From: an uncultured Acidobacteriota bacterium
GTDB taxonomy: Bacteria > Acidobacteriota > Thermoanaerobaculia > UBA5066 > Gp7-AA6
DNA: 64,000 bases
Direction: 5' to 3'
Assembly: GCA_963764715.1 (NCBI GenBank)
Contig: CAVXTP010000023.1
Coordinates: 1 to 64,000, forward strand
Numbering within the stretch: the first letter of the stretch is position 1; every line of letters starts with the position of its first letter. Below, piece by piece: positions 1 through 9,417 of the stretch. A program made the translations under genes and the position numbers. Under the pieces are notes generated by a model. It made no database searches. It was not told the origin of the DNA and was given only the letters and a program-made list of their open reading frames with translations.

Positions 1-1010
1 GCGGTCCGCGTGGCCGTATCGGTCGGAGTGAAGGACGGCGTGGACGTCCGCGTGGCCGTGAGGGTCGCTGTGAAGGAGGGTGTGTGCGTCGCGGAAGCGG
101 TCGGCGTGGCCGTATCGGTCGGAGTGAAGGACGGCGTACGAGTCCGGGTCGCGGTCGGCGAGATCGGGGTCGCCGACGGCGTGCGACTGGCCGTGTGGGT
201 CGCCGTCGACGACGGCGAAGGCGTCGCCGTGGCGGTCGGCGGAACAGGCATGGCCGACGGCGTTCGCGTGGGGATCGACGTCGGTGTGGAGGACGCGGTC
301 TCCGTCGGTCGAGCGGTCGGCGGCGGGGGCATGGGTGTCGGCGTCGCGGCGGCCGTCGGCGTGAAGGGCGGAGTGCGGGTCGGCGGTTCCGGTGCGGGCG
401 CTTGCGCCGAAGCGACCGTCGCGGTCGACACGGGCGTCGGGCTCCCGGCGGCCAGGGCCGCCGTCACGCTCGCCGGCGGTGCCGCCCCTTCGGAGGGCTC
501 GACGGAGGCCGTGGGTGACGGGGTGGGCCGGCGGGTGGGACGAGCGGGGATGAGGCCGAGCTCGGCGGCCAGGGTTTCGACCGAAAGGATCCGGTCGCGC
601 GCCAGGTGGGTCAGCGCGACCGATTTGAACCGGTCGCGCAGATCCGGCTCGAGCGTCGACGCGCGAAACTCGCCGACGAGTCGCTCGTCGTCCATGAACT
701 GTCGAAGGGTGAGATCGCGGGCGGCCGCCTGGCCGGCGGAATCCTGGGCGACCGCGAGGCGAGCGAGGCACGCCAGGTGGCGGCCCGCGTCGTTCACGCT
801 CATGAAGGCCGCGACGTCGAAGGTCGAGGCTGCGCCGACGAATTTCCCGGCGCGGTACTCGAGGAGACCCCTTTGGATCACGTCCTTGAGCTCGTCGGCC
901 AAGGCCACCGAGGCGCCGAGGGCGATCGACGAGCAACGCCGCCGCAGTCGCGACGCGCCCGGCGACTGCCCGTCCTCCCGTGGAAAACGCCCGCTCGAGC
1001 GCCGCGCCAC
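1..1010 (-). CDS. Putative exported protein with helical N-terminal domain and long Pro/Thr-rich (PTATxT) low-complexity region; runs off the window edge (3' partial)
   Basis: Not in the ORF track because there is no stop in the window. Manual translation from GTG 1010 gives ...[29 protein letters not shown]...[18 protein letters not shown]. The + strand V/G/A-rich ORF 10..1587 is its antisense shadow. A TAGAAT -10 box lies at 1020-1025. Start is uncertain (possible indel near 928). Confidence 0.7.
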   Translation of the reverse strand, partial: MARRSSGRFPREDGQSPGASRLRRRCSSIALGASVALADELKDVIQRGLLEYRAGKFVGAASTFDVAAFMSVNDAGRHLACLARLAVAQDSAGQAAARDLTLRQFMDDERLVGEFRASTLEPDLRDRFKSVALTHLARDRILSVETLAAELGLIPARPTRRPTPSPTASVEPSEGAAPPASVTAALAAGSPTPVSTATVASAQAPAPEPPTRTPPFTPTAAATPTPMPPPPTARPTETASSTPTSIPTRTPSAMPVPPTATATPSPSSTATHTASRTPSATPISPTATRTRTPSFTPTDTATPTASATHTPSFTATLTATRTSTPSFTPTDTATRT

Positions 1011-1065
1011 GACGCGGCGATTCTATCCGCCGGAAAGGGCCGCGGACGGGTCTTCCGCGCGCTTC

Positions 1066-2659
1066 TCAGGCCGTCTGCGCCGCGTCCTTGCGCGTCGCAC
1101 GCTCTCGCCAGAACCGCTGCGCGTCGAGCTCGTCCCATGGCGCAACGTCGTCGCAGGCGTGGAGCGCGTCGGCGAAGGCCCGCGCGCTCTCGGGGCGCTC
1201 GTCCGGGTCCTTCGACAGCGTCCGGAGGATGAGGGCCTCGAGCTTGGGCGGAACGTCGCGGCCCAGCCGCTTCGACAGGGGCTCGGGCGGCGTCTGGAGG
1301 TGGTGGTGGATGATCTCGAGCGCGCCGCGGCCCGAGAAGACCGGCGTGCCGGTCAGGAGGAAATAGCCCACCGCGCCGAGGGCGTACAGGTCGCTGCGGG
1401 CGTCGATCGAGTCGGCGTTCCGGATGGCCTCGGGAGCCAGGTACTGGGGCGTTCCGTGGAGGACGTTGTCGGCCGTCAGGCGCGGGTCCGCCGCTCCCGT
1501 AGATCTCGCGGACGAGCCCGAAGTCGAGGACCTTGGCGATGTCGGGAAAGCCCCCGCGCTCGCAGAGCAGGATGTTCGCCGGTTTGATGTCGCGGTGGAT
1601 CAGGCCGATTCCGTGCGCCTCGGTCAGCGCAGCGCAGATCTGCCGGAGGATGCGGACGGCGCGGCCGGGGGCAACGGGGCCGTTCTCCTTGACGAGGTCC
1701 TCGAGGTCGACGCCGTCGAGGTACTCCATGACGTAGTAGAAGAGGCCGTCGGGCGTGCGGCCGTAATCGTAGATCGAGACCGTGTGCGGGCTCGTGAGCC
1801 GCGCGGTCATCTGGACCTCGCGCTCGAAGCGCTTGAGGCTGTCCTCGCCGGCCTTACCCGGGGGCAGGAGCTTGATCGCGGTCGGGCGGCGGAGCATCTC
1901 GTGCTCGGCCCGATAGACGATGCCCATGCCGCCTTCGCCGAGCTTCTCCTTGAGCGTGTACTGCCCGAGCTGTCGGGCCCGGGCCACGCTCTTGCGGAGT
2001 CGAAACGTCACGAACGAGGCGAGCGTCGACAGAAGCACCGTGAGAATCGACCAGAGGAGCGCATAGGCCACGGACTGGCCGCGTGAGATCTCCGCCGGCG
2101 AGCGGCCGGCATAGACCGTCGCGGCCAGGAACGGCGCCGGCGCGGCGGCGAGCGTGGAAATCCACGCCGTGCGGCCGGGGGGGCTCGGGACGAGAGCGGC
2201 GCGCGTCAGAAGAATCGTGATGACGATCAGCAGGAACATCATCTCGGGCCGCCAGGCCGGCGGCATGCTTCCGGCCATGCAGGCGTAGAGCCAGAGGGTC
2301 GCGAGGGTGCCGCCCGCGTCGAGAGCTCGCAGGGCTCCTTCGGGAAGCCCGGGCTGCCGCGACGCCAGCCAGACCAGCAGGAGAGCCGCGCAGGTCGCGA
2401 GGTGGAACAGGACGTCCGGCCGGGTGAAGCTCCGGCTGCCGCCCGAAGCCGGCGGCCAGAGCGCCTCGATCACGAAGCCCGCGAAGAAGAAGCCCACGGA
2501 CGCGAGGAACGTGATCCGTGCCCACAGGGCAACGCGCTCCCGCAGGAAGTCGCGCTCGCCGGAGGAATCGAGGGGAGCCTGCGCCTGGCCCGGCTCGGCC
2601 CCGCGGCACTGGAGCCTCTTGATGATTCCGCCGGCGCAGGGATCTGCCGCTTCGCTCAT
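1066..2659 (-). CDS. Membrane Ser/Thr (Hanks) protein kinase with N-terminal multi-TM region; apparent +1 frameshift at ~1501
   Basis: GEGGMG, TAIK, HRDIKPAN and DFGL are in ORF 878..2659. Removing one base at ~1501 restores TGAADPRLTADNVLHGTPQYLAPE...SDLYALGAVGYFLL, continuing into ORF 1066..1371. Confidence 0.85.
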
Positions 2660-2672
2660 GGGCCGTCTCCTC

Positions 2673-3554
2673 TCAATCGATGCGGATCTCGACCCGCTGG
2701 CCGAGCTTCAGGGGCGTCGGTTCGAGCAACGCGACCTTGACGAGCAGCACCCGGGTGTCCTCGGGCTTGCCGGGGTCCTGCGGCTTCAGCCGCCGCCCGA
2801 CGACCGCATCCGGGATCTCCTCGACCCTTCCCTTCCAGACCTTCCCATCGTAGCCCTCGGCCGTCACGCGGACCTCGTCCCGGAGGTGGACCCGTCCCGA
2901 GTCGAACTCGTCGAGCTCGGCCTCGATCCGGGTCCGCGACAGGTCGGCCACGGTCACGATGCGCTGGCCGGCCTCGAGCGTCTCGCCCGCCTGGGCGTGC
3001 CGGGCGACGATGACGCCGTCGATCGGGGAAAGGATCCGGGTCTTGGCGAGAACGGCCTCGAGCCGATCCGCGGTCGCCGCGGCGGTCTGGCGGCGGGCCC
3101 GCGCGGCGTCGACGTCGCGCTCGGCCTTGTCGACGGCCTGCCGGGAGCCGACGTCCTTCTGCCAGAGGGCGCGCGCCCGCTCGACTTCGGCCTCCGCGAG
3201 GCGGATGTCGGCGTCGGCTTCCACGACCCTGGCCTTCGCCTCCGCGAGGGCGGCCCGGTGGTCGTCCGAACGGAGCTCGGCCAGGAGCTGGCCCCGGCGG
3301 ACCTTCTCCTTCTCCTGCACTTTGAGAACTACGACCGTCCCGGCGAGGTCGGTTCCGACGACGACTTCGGCGCCGGGGTAGGCCACGACCCGGCCTTCCG
3401 CGGCGACGGCGGTGAGCCGGGACGCGGCGGCCGGCGGGACCGAGGCGGGCCGCCGGGTGACGGCCGGCGACACGCGGGCCTGCAGGCCGACGATCGCGAG
3501 GATCCCCAGGCCGAGCAGCGGCCAGAGAGCGCGGTTCCAGAAGTTTTTTTTCAT
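2673..3554 (-). CDS. Periplasmic adaptor (HlyD/membrane fusion protein) of ABC exporter
   Basis: N-terminal TM, lipoyl halves (VQEKEKVRRGQLLAEL; ILSPIDGVIV) and a coiled-coil hairpin; operonic with the ABC genes. Confidence 0.9.
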   Translation of the reverse strand: MKKNFWNRALWPLLGLGILAIVGLQARVSPAVTRRPASVPPAAASRLTAVAAEGRVVAYPGAEVVVGTDLAGTVVVLKVQEKEKVRRGQLLAELRSDDHRAALAEAKARVVEADADIRLAEAEVERARALWQKDVGSRQAVDKAERDVDAARARRQTAAATADRLEAVLAKTRILSPIDGVIVARHAQAGETLEAGQRIVTVADLSRTRIEAELDEFDSGRVHLRDEVRVTAEGYDGKVWKGRVEEIPDAVVGRRLKPQDPGKPEDTRVLLVKVALLEPTPLKLGQRVEIRID

Positions 3555-3569
3555 GGCAGTTTCCCTTGT

Positions 3570-4358
3570 TCAGGTCGCTAGTGCCGTCGGGTGTAGGGGC
3601 GGCCCTTGTGGCCGCCCTCCGAGGGCGGGGACAAGCCCCGCCCCTACTTCGGATGCGTCTTGATCAATGAGCTCGCCGTCGCGGATGCGGAGCACCCGGT
3701 CGGCGATCGAGCGGACCTTCGGGTCGTGGGTGACGATCAGGAGCGCCCGGTTCTCCTGTTTGGCGAGGGCGCGGAACATCTCGAGGACCTGGCCCCCGAC
3801 GTGCGAGTCGAGGTTGGCCGTCGGCTCGTCGGCGAGCAGGATGGGCGACTGTCCGGCGAGCGCCCTGGCCACGGCGATCCGCTGCTTCTGGCCGCCGGAA
3901 AGGTCTCGCGGCAGAAAGTCGAGCCGGTCCGACAGGCCGACCGCGACGAGCACCCGCTCGGCCTCGGCCCGCGCCGCGGCGCCCCGGTGGCCCTTGACGT
4001 TGAGGGCGTACTCGACGTTCTCGAGCGCCGTCAGGGACGGAAAGAGGTTGAACTGCTGGAAGACGAACCCGATCGACTTCTTCCGGATCTCCGGCAGCCG
4101 CGCGGCCCGGCTCGTGTCGGCCTCCTCGCCGTCGACGATCACGCGGCCCGAGGAGGCCGTCAGGATGCAGCCGAGGATCGAGAGGAGCGTGGTCTTGCCA
4201 GAGCCGGACGGACCCTCGAGCGAGACGATCTCGCCGCGGGACAGGCTCAGGGAAACTCCCCGGAGCACCGACACGACGTCGCCCCGGCCCTCGCGGAAAT
4301 CCTTGGAGACGGCGATCGCTTCGAGCACGGGCTTCACGGCGGTCATGGCGGTTCTCAT
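3570..4358 (-). CDS. ABC transporter ATP-binding protein (LolD/MacB/DevA-like)
   Basis: Walker A GPSGSGKTT, signature LSGGQKQR, Walker B LLADEPT and H-loop VTHD. ATG 4358 overlaps the permease stop (ATGA). Confidence 0.93.
   Translation of the reverse strand: MRTAMTAVKPVLEAIAVSKDFREGRGDVVSVLRGVSLSLSRGEIVSLEGPSGSGKTTLLSILGCILTASSGRVIVDGEEADTSRAARLPEIRKKSIGFVFQQFNLFPSLTALENVEYALNVKGHRGAAARAEAERVLVAVGLSDRLDFLPRDLSGGQKQRIAVARALAGQSPILLADEPTANLDSHVGGQVLEMFRALAKQENRALLIVTHDPKVRSIADRVLRIRDGELIDQDASEVGAGLVPALGGRPQGPPLHPTALAT
3593..3647. repeat. REP doublet (two inverted GTAG-type REP units)
   Basis: GTAGGGGCGGCCCTTGTGGCCGCCCT followed by the reverse complement of GTAGGGGCGGGGCTTGTCCCCGCCCT. Each unit is a GTAG-led hairpin. 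Confidence 0.8.
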
Positions 4359-5482
4359 GCCCGGAACACGAGCGCCGGGTCGATGGATGCGACCTTGCGG
4401 AAGGAGATCATCGCCGCCCCCAGGCACATCAGGACGGATCCGGCGAAGACGATCGCGACGAAGGTCGGCGGGATGATGAGCTTCAGGTCGATCTTCGCGA
4501 TGGCGGGCCGCAGCGCGTACGACATGAGCGCGCCGAGCACGAAGCCGGCGACCGCCGCGATCGACGCCTGCTTGCCGAGGATCCGGTAGATGTCGAGGTT
4601 CCCGCCGCCGATCGCCTTGACGGTGCCGAACTCCTTGAGGTGCTCCATCGTCGACGTGTACAGCGTCTGCGCGACGACGACGATCCCGACGAGGCAGCCG
4701 AGGAACACCGTCAGGTACATGTTCAGCCCGATCCCGGTCGACTGGACCCAGTAGTTTCGGGAGCGCGCGGCCCACTCCTTCTTCGTGTAGACGTCGTTGT
4801 ACGGCAGGCGGCGCGCGATCTCGGCCTTGACCGCCGCCGCATCCGCTCCGGGCGCGAACTTGACGAGGACGTACGTCGTCTTGCCCTGGAGCGACTGGGG
4901 ATTCAACGTCTGGGCGCGGTCGAAGTCGACGAACGAGATCGGCGTCGTCGTGAAGGAGCGGGCGTCCTTCGTCCGGCCGATGATCTTCATCCGCTGCCCG
5001 AGGATCTCGCGGTACTCGCCGACCTCGAACGGGCCGTAGCGCTTGACCGCCGACGAGTCGAGGAAGAAGTACTGGCCGCGCTTCAGGTCCGAGAGCTCGC
5101 CCTGCTCGACGTTCCAGGGGATGTTCCAGCGCGAGAAATCCTCGAGGGCATAGACGAGCGAGCCCTCCTGGGCGCCCGTCGGCAGGTTGATCGTCACGAA
5201 CCAGACGATCAGGTTGTCCGCGCGCTCCACCCCCGGCACCGACCGGACGCGCTTGACCGCGGTGTCGGCAAAGGTGTGCGCGAAGTCGACGTTGGGCGTG
5301 TTGCGCGAGGTGACCCAGAGGTCCGCGTCGATGTGCTCGATCGTGACCGAGGCGTTGTCGAGGAGGCCGAGGAAAAGCCCGACCTGGACGAACACGAGCG
5401 TGACGGCGAAGGCCACGCCCGAGACGGTGATGAGGAACCGCAGCTTGTCGTGGAGGAGACTCTTCGTCGCGAGGTCGACCAC
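4355..5482 (-). CDS. ABC transporter permease (FtsX/MacB-like, DevC-type)
   Basis: N-terminal TM, periplasmic domain and C-terminal 3 TM with EFGTVKAIG and DPALVFR. Confidence 0.92.
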   Translation of the reverse strand: MVDLATKSLLHDKLRFLITVSGVAFAVTLVFVQVGLFLGLLDNASVTIEHIDADLWVTSRNTPNVDFAHTFADTAVKRVRSVPGVERADNLIVWFVTINLPTGAQEGSLVYALEDFSRWNIPWNVEQGELSDLKRGQYFFLDSSAVKRYGPFEVGEYREILGQRMKIIGRTKDARSFTTTPISFVDFDRAQTLNPQSLQGKTTYVLVKFAPGADAAAVKAEIARRLPYNDVYTKKEWAARSRNYWVQSTGIGLNMYLTVFLGCLVGIVVVAQTLYTSTMEHLKEFGTVKAIGGGNLDIYRILGKQASIAAVAGFVLGALMSYALRPAIAKIDLKLIIPPTFVAIVFAGSVLMCLGAAMISFRKVASIDPALVFRA

Positions 5483-5483
5483 G

Positions 5484-6119
5484 TCAGCGTCCCTCCACGG
5501 TCAAGCCCCGGATCATCGTCTCGATCTGGGCGTGCGCGATCTCGACCGGGTCGCGCCAGTCGACCCAGGCGTCCTTGCACTTGGCGATGTGGAGCGAGAC
5601 GACGCCGTGCGTGCCGGCCCACACCATCTGGGACACCAGGTCCGCGTCGTCGAACTCCGGGCGCAGCAGTCCCGCGGCGATCGCCTCCGCGACAGTGGCC
5701 TTGAGAAATGCGTAGGCGTCCTCTTCCGGGTTGCCGCGCTTGAGCCGGCTGTCCTCGGGCTTCATCGCCTCGGGGTGCGGCGTCATGAACATGAGCCGGT
5801 AGTGGTTGCGGTGGGACATCGCGAAGCCCACGTACGCCTGGCCGATCCGCCGCAGGCGGTCGATCGGGTCCGCGATCGCGGCGATCTTCACGAACTCGGC
5901 GGCCAGGGCCCCGAAGTCCTCGTCGCAGAGCTCCTGCATCAGGGCGTGCTTGTCGCGGAAGTGGAAGTAGATCGCCGTCGGCGAGTACTCGATCCGCTCG
6001 GCGATGCGCCGCATCGTCACCGCGTCGTAGCCCTCCTCGGCGAAGAGCTCGCGGGCCGCGTCGAGGATCCGCATCCGAAGCTCCTGTTTCTCCCGTTCGC
6101 GTCGCTCGGTTGTGCCCAA
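5484..6119 (-). CDS. TetR/AcrR family transcriptional regulator (WHG/TetR_C-type C-terminus)
   Basis: ILDAARELFAEEGYDAVTMRRIAERIEYSPTAIYFHF HTH; C-terminal WAGTHG. TTG start. Confidence 0.92.
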   Translation of the reverse strand: MGTTERREREKQELRMRILDAARELFAEEGYDAVTMRRIAERIEYSPTAIYFHFRDKHALMQELCDEDFGALAAEFVKIAAIADPIDRLRRIGQAYVGFAMSHRNHYRLMFMTPHPEAMKPEDSRLKRGNPEEDAYAFLKATVAEAIAAGLLRPEFDDADLVSQMVWAGTHGVVSLHIAKCKDAWVDWRDPVEIAHAQIETMIRGLTVEGR

Positions 6120-6136
6120 GAACGTGCCTCCGTTAC

Positions 6137-6149
6137 TTAACTACGTTAA
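6137..6149. promoter_or_regulatory. Putative TetR operator TTAAC-N3-GTTAA
   Basis: Inverted repeat ttaactacgttaa, located between a minus-strand TAGAAT -10 box (6163-6168) and the tetR start at 6119. Confidence 0.6.
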
Positions 6150-6233
6150 CTTACATATCTAGATTCTATGAGATCAATGGTTTTTTTGATTCCCCCGGCA
6201 ACCCGGTCCGCTCAAGTGCCGTATGTGATACAG

Positions 6234-6249
6234 AACTGACCGGTCAGTT
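6234..6249. promoter_or_regulatory. Putative TetR operator, perfect 16-bp palindrome AACTGACCGGTCAGTT
   Basis: Perfect palindrome 14 nt upstream of the tetR start at 6264. Confidence 0.75.
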
Positions 6250-6263
6250 TCGAAATAAGAGCA

Positions 6264-6839
6264 ATGCCGAGAGTCAAGACCGAGGCTAAAGAGAAGGCGA
6301 TCCTGGACGCGGCCGCGAGCGTCTTCGCCCGCCGCCCCTTCCACGCCGTCCTGATTGACGAGATCGCCTCCGACGCCGGAATCGGGAAAGGCACGATCTA
6401 CCGCTACTTCCAGACGAAGGACGACCTCTACTTCGCCACGACCCTGCACGTCCTCGACGGCCTTTCCCAGGTGCTCTCCCAGGCGCTCCCCGAGGAGCCC
6501 TCGGCGATCGGCCGGCTGGAGCGCATCGCGACGGAAAACCTGCGCTTCTACTGGGACCGGCAGTTCCTGTTTCCGTTCCTCCACAGCGACGACGGCCCGG
6601 CGCGCCGCGACCAGGTGATGAAGCGGCGGGAGGCGATCCTCCGTTTCTCCCAGGAGGCGATCCTGGCCGGCATCGAGCGGCGGGAGCTCCGGGGCATCGA
6701 CGCCCGCATCGGCGCCGAGCTCTTTCTCGGGATGATCCGCTCGGCGAACCTCTTCCGGCGGCCCGAGGATTCGCTCGAGGACCTCGTCCGGCAGATCATG
6801 TCGGTCTTCATCGACGGCGTCGCGCGGAGGGACGAATGA
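6264..6839 (+). CDS. TetR/AcrR family transcriptional regulator
   Basis: ILDAAASVFARRPFHAVLIDEIASDAGIGKGTIYRYF HTH; first gene of the RND operon. Confidence 0.92.
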   Translation: MPRVKTEAKEKAILDAAASVFARRPFHAVLIDEIASDAGIGKGTIYRYFQTKDDLYFATTLHVLDGLSQVLSQALPEEPSAIGRLERIATENLRFYWDRQFLFPFLHSDDGPARRDQVMKRREAILRFSQEAILAGIERRELRGIDARIGAELFLGMIRSANLFRRPEDSLEDLVRQIMSVFIDGVARRDE

Positions 6840-8302
6840 GAAGGTCCGCGGCGCTCCTCCTCGCCGCCGCGGGCGCGCTCGCGCCGGGCTGCTCGCTGCT
6901 TCCCAGGAAGAGCATCCAGAGCTCGGTGGCGGCGGCGCCGAACGAGCCCTGGACGCCTCCGGCCGCCGCCGCGATGCCGCCTTCGACCGCGGCTCCGGCG
7001 CCGGCGATACCGGAGGAGTACCTGAAGCCGGGCACGACGCTCTCGCTCGGCCAGCTCGTCGACGTCGGCCTGAGGAACAACCCCTCGACGCGCGAGGCCT
7101 GGTACTTCGCGCGCGCGGCCGCGGCCGAGGTCGGATCGAAGCGGTCGCTGTACTTCCCCTACGTCGAGGTGGACGGGACGATCGAGCGGCAGAAGCAGTC
7201 GGCCGTCGGAGGGCAGTTCACCTTCATCCAGACGACGTACGGGCCGGCGATCGCCGCGACCTGGCTCCTGTACAACTTCGGCGCGCGGGAAGCCGAGGTC
7301 GAGGAGGCGACGCGCTATCTCTACGCCGCCGACTGGACGCACAACGCCGCGATCCAGGACGTCGTGCTCCAGGTGGCGACGGCCTACTACCAGTACCTCA
7401 ACGCGAAGGCCCAGGTCGCGGCCCGCGAGACCAACCTCGAGGAGGCCCGGAGCAATCTCGCGGCCGCCGAGGAGCGGCACCGCGCGGGAGTCGCCACGAT
7501 CGCCGACGTGCTGCTCGCGCGGACGTCGGCCTCGCAGGCCGAGCTCGCGCTCCAGGTCGTCCAGGGCCAGGTGCAGATCGTCCGGGGCGCGCTCGCGACC
7601 GCGATCGGCGTCGACGCCAACGTGCCCGTGGACGTCGGGAGCCTGCCCGAGGACCTGCCGCTCGACGCCGTGACGAAGAGCGTCGACGACCTGATCGCGA
7701 AGGCGATGGCCGAACGGCCCGATCTCGCGGCCCAGAGATTCCGCGCGATGGCGGCCGAGAGCCGGATCCTCGCGTCCGCAGTCGACGGCCTGCCCACGCT
7801 CTCGCTCGATGCGACGGGCAACCGGACCTTCTACAGCCGTCCGGGAGTGCCGGATCCCTTTTCGACGAACTGGGCCGGGTTGATCTCGCTGCGGATCCCG
7901 GTGTTCCGGGGCTTCGACACGGCCTACCAGGTGCAGAAGGCGCGCGAAGAGGCCGAGCTCGCGAAGGCGAGCGCCGAGCGCACCGAGGACCAGGTGATGT
8001 TCGACGTCTGGTCGAGCTACTACGGCGTCAAGACGGCGGCCCAGACCGTGCTCACGACGCGCGACCTGCTCGCGAGCGCGCGGCAGTCGGCCGACGTCGC
8101 CGAAGGCCGCTATCGCGCGGGAGTGGGCTCGATCCTCGACCTGCTGACCGCCCAGACCGCGTTCGCGGACGCCCGCTCGCAGGAGGCGCAGGCCCGCTCG
8201 CTCTGGTTCCTGTCCGTCGCGCAGCTGGCGCACGCGACCGGCGTTCTCCAGCCCGGCTCCCCCGAGATCCGAGCCCTGCCGCAGACGAAAGGAACTCCAT
8301 GA
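6836..8302 (+). CDS. TolC-family outer membrane efflux lipoprotein
   Basis: Lipoprotein-like signal (LAPGC) and two OEP repeats (VATAYYQYL...; RYRAGVGSILDLLTAQ). ATGA overlap with tetR. Confidence 0.9.
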   Translation: MRRSAALLLAAAGALAPGCSLLPRKSIQSSVAAAPNEPWTPPAAAAMPPSTAAPAPAIPEEYLKPGTTLSLGQLVDVGLRNNPSTREAWYFARAAAAEVGSKRSLYFPYVEVDGTIERQKQSAVGGQFTFIQTTYGPAIAATWLLYNFGAREAEVEEATRYLYAADWTHNAAIQDVVLQVATAYYQYLNAKAQVAARETNLEEARSNLAAAEERHRAGVATIADVLLARTSASQAELALQVVQGQVQIVRGALATAIGVDANVPVDVGSLPEDLPLDAVTKSVDDLIAKAMAERPDLAAQRFRAMAAESRILASAVDGLPTLSLDATGNRTFYSRPGVPDPFSTNWAGLISLRIPVFRGFDTAYQVQKAREEAELAKASAERTEDQVMFDVWSSYYGVKTAAQTVLTTRDLLASARQSADVAEGRYRAGVGSILDLLTAQTAFADARSQEAQARSLWFLSVAQLAHATGVLQPGSPEIRALPQTKGTP

Positions 8303-9417
8303 TCCGCAACGGCTCGAGTCGCTTCCTGGCCGCCGCCGTCCTCGCGGCGGCCGCCGCCTGCCGGGGCAAGGGCCCGCCCCCGGCCGCGGAGGCCGTTCCC
8401 GTGCGGGTCGGCAAGGTCGTGCAGAAGGCCGTGCCGCTCCAGCTCCGCAACGTCGGAACGATCCAGCCCTACGTCGCCGTCTCGGTGCGCGCGCAGGTCT
8501 CGGGCGAGATCACGCAGGTCCACTTCCGCGAGGGACAGGACCTCAAGAAGGGCGAGCTCCTCTTCTCGATCGACCCCCGGCCCTACGAGGCGGCGCTCGC
8601 CCAGGCCGAGGCGGCTCTCGCGCGCGACCGCGCGCAGATGGAGAATGCGCAGACCGATGTCAAGCGTTACGAGGACCTCGTCAAGAAGGACTACGTCACG
8701 CAGCAGCAGTACGACAGCGTCAAGGCCAACGCCGCGGCGACGGCGGCGACCGTCCGCCTCAACCAGGCGTCGGTGGCACGCGCGCGCCTCGATCTGGCGT
8801 ACTGCTCGATCCGCGCGCCGATGGACGGGAGAAGCGGCAGCATCATGGTCCAGGCCGGCAACGTCGTGAAGGCCAACGACGCCGTGCTCGTCTCGATCAA
8901 CCAGGTGGTTCCGATCTACCTGACCTTCGCCGTGCCGGAGCGGGAGCTTCCCGAGATCCGGCGCCGCCAGAACGCCGGAACCCTCGCGGTCGAGGCCGAG
9001 GAGCCCGCGACCGGCCGGCGGCTGGGGCGGGGCGAGCTGACCTTCGTCGACAACACGGTCGACCGGGCGACCGGGACGATCACGTTGAAGGCCACCTTCC
9101 CGAACACCGATCGCGTCCTGTGGCCGGGCGAGTTCGTCAACGCGGTCCTCACGCTCGCGACCGAGCCGAACGCGATCGTCGCTCCGACCGGCGCCGTCCA
9201 GACGGGCCAGCAGGGCACCTATGCATTCGTCGTGAAGTCCGATGCGACCGTCGAGTCCCGGCCCGTGACGGTCGCGCGCAACGCCCCCGACGGCGTCGTG
9301 ATCGCCAAGGGGCTCGCGGCGGGGGAGACCGTCGTCACCGACGGACAGCTCCGCCTTTCGCCGGGCGCGAAGATCGAGGTCGTCACGGGCGAGAGCGCGG
9401 CGGCGAACAAGTCATGA
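8299..9417 (+). CDS. RND efflux periplasmic adaptor (MdtA-like)
   Basis: Lipobox AAAC; VRAQVSGEI, IDPRPY, IRAPMDG, DNTVDRATGT, LWPGEFV. Confidence 0.92.
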   Translation: MIRNGSSRFLAAAVLAAAAACRGKGPPPAAEAVPVRVGKVVQKAVPLQLRNVGTIQPYVAVSVRAQVSGEITQVHFREGQDLKKGELLFSIDPRPYEAALAQAEAALARDRAQMENAQTDVKRYEDLVKKDYVTQQQYDSVKANAAATAATVRLNQASVARARLDLAYCSIRAPMDGRSGSIMVQAGNVVKANDAVLVSINQVVPIYLTFAVPERELPEIRRRQNAGTLAVEAEEPATGRRLGRGELTFVDNTVDRATGTITLKATFPNTDRVLWPGEFVNAVLTLATEPNAIVAPTGAVQTGQQGTYAFVVKSDATVESRPVTVARNAPDGVVIAKGLAAGETVVTDGQLRLSPGAKIEVVTGESAAANKS

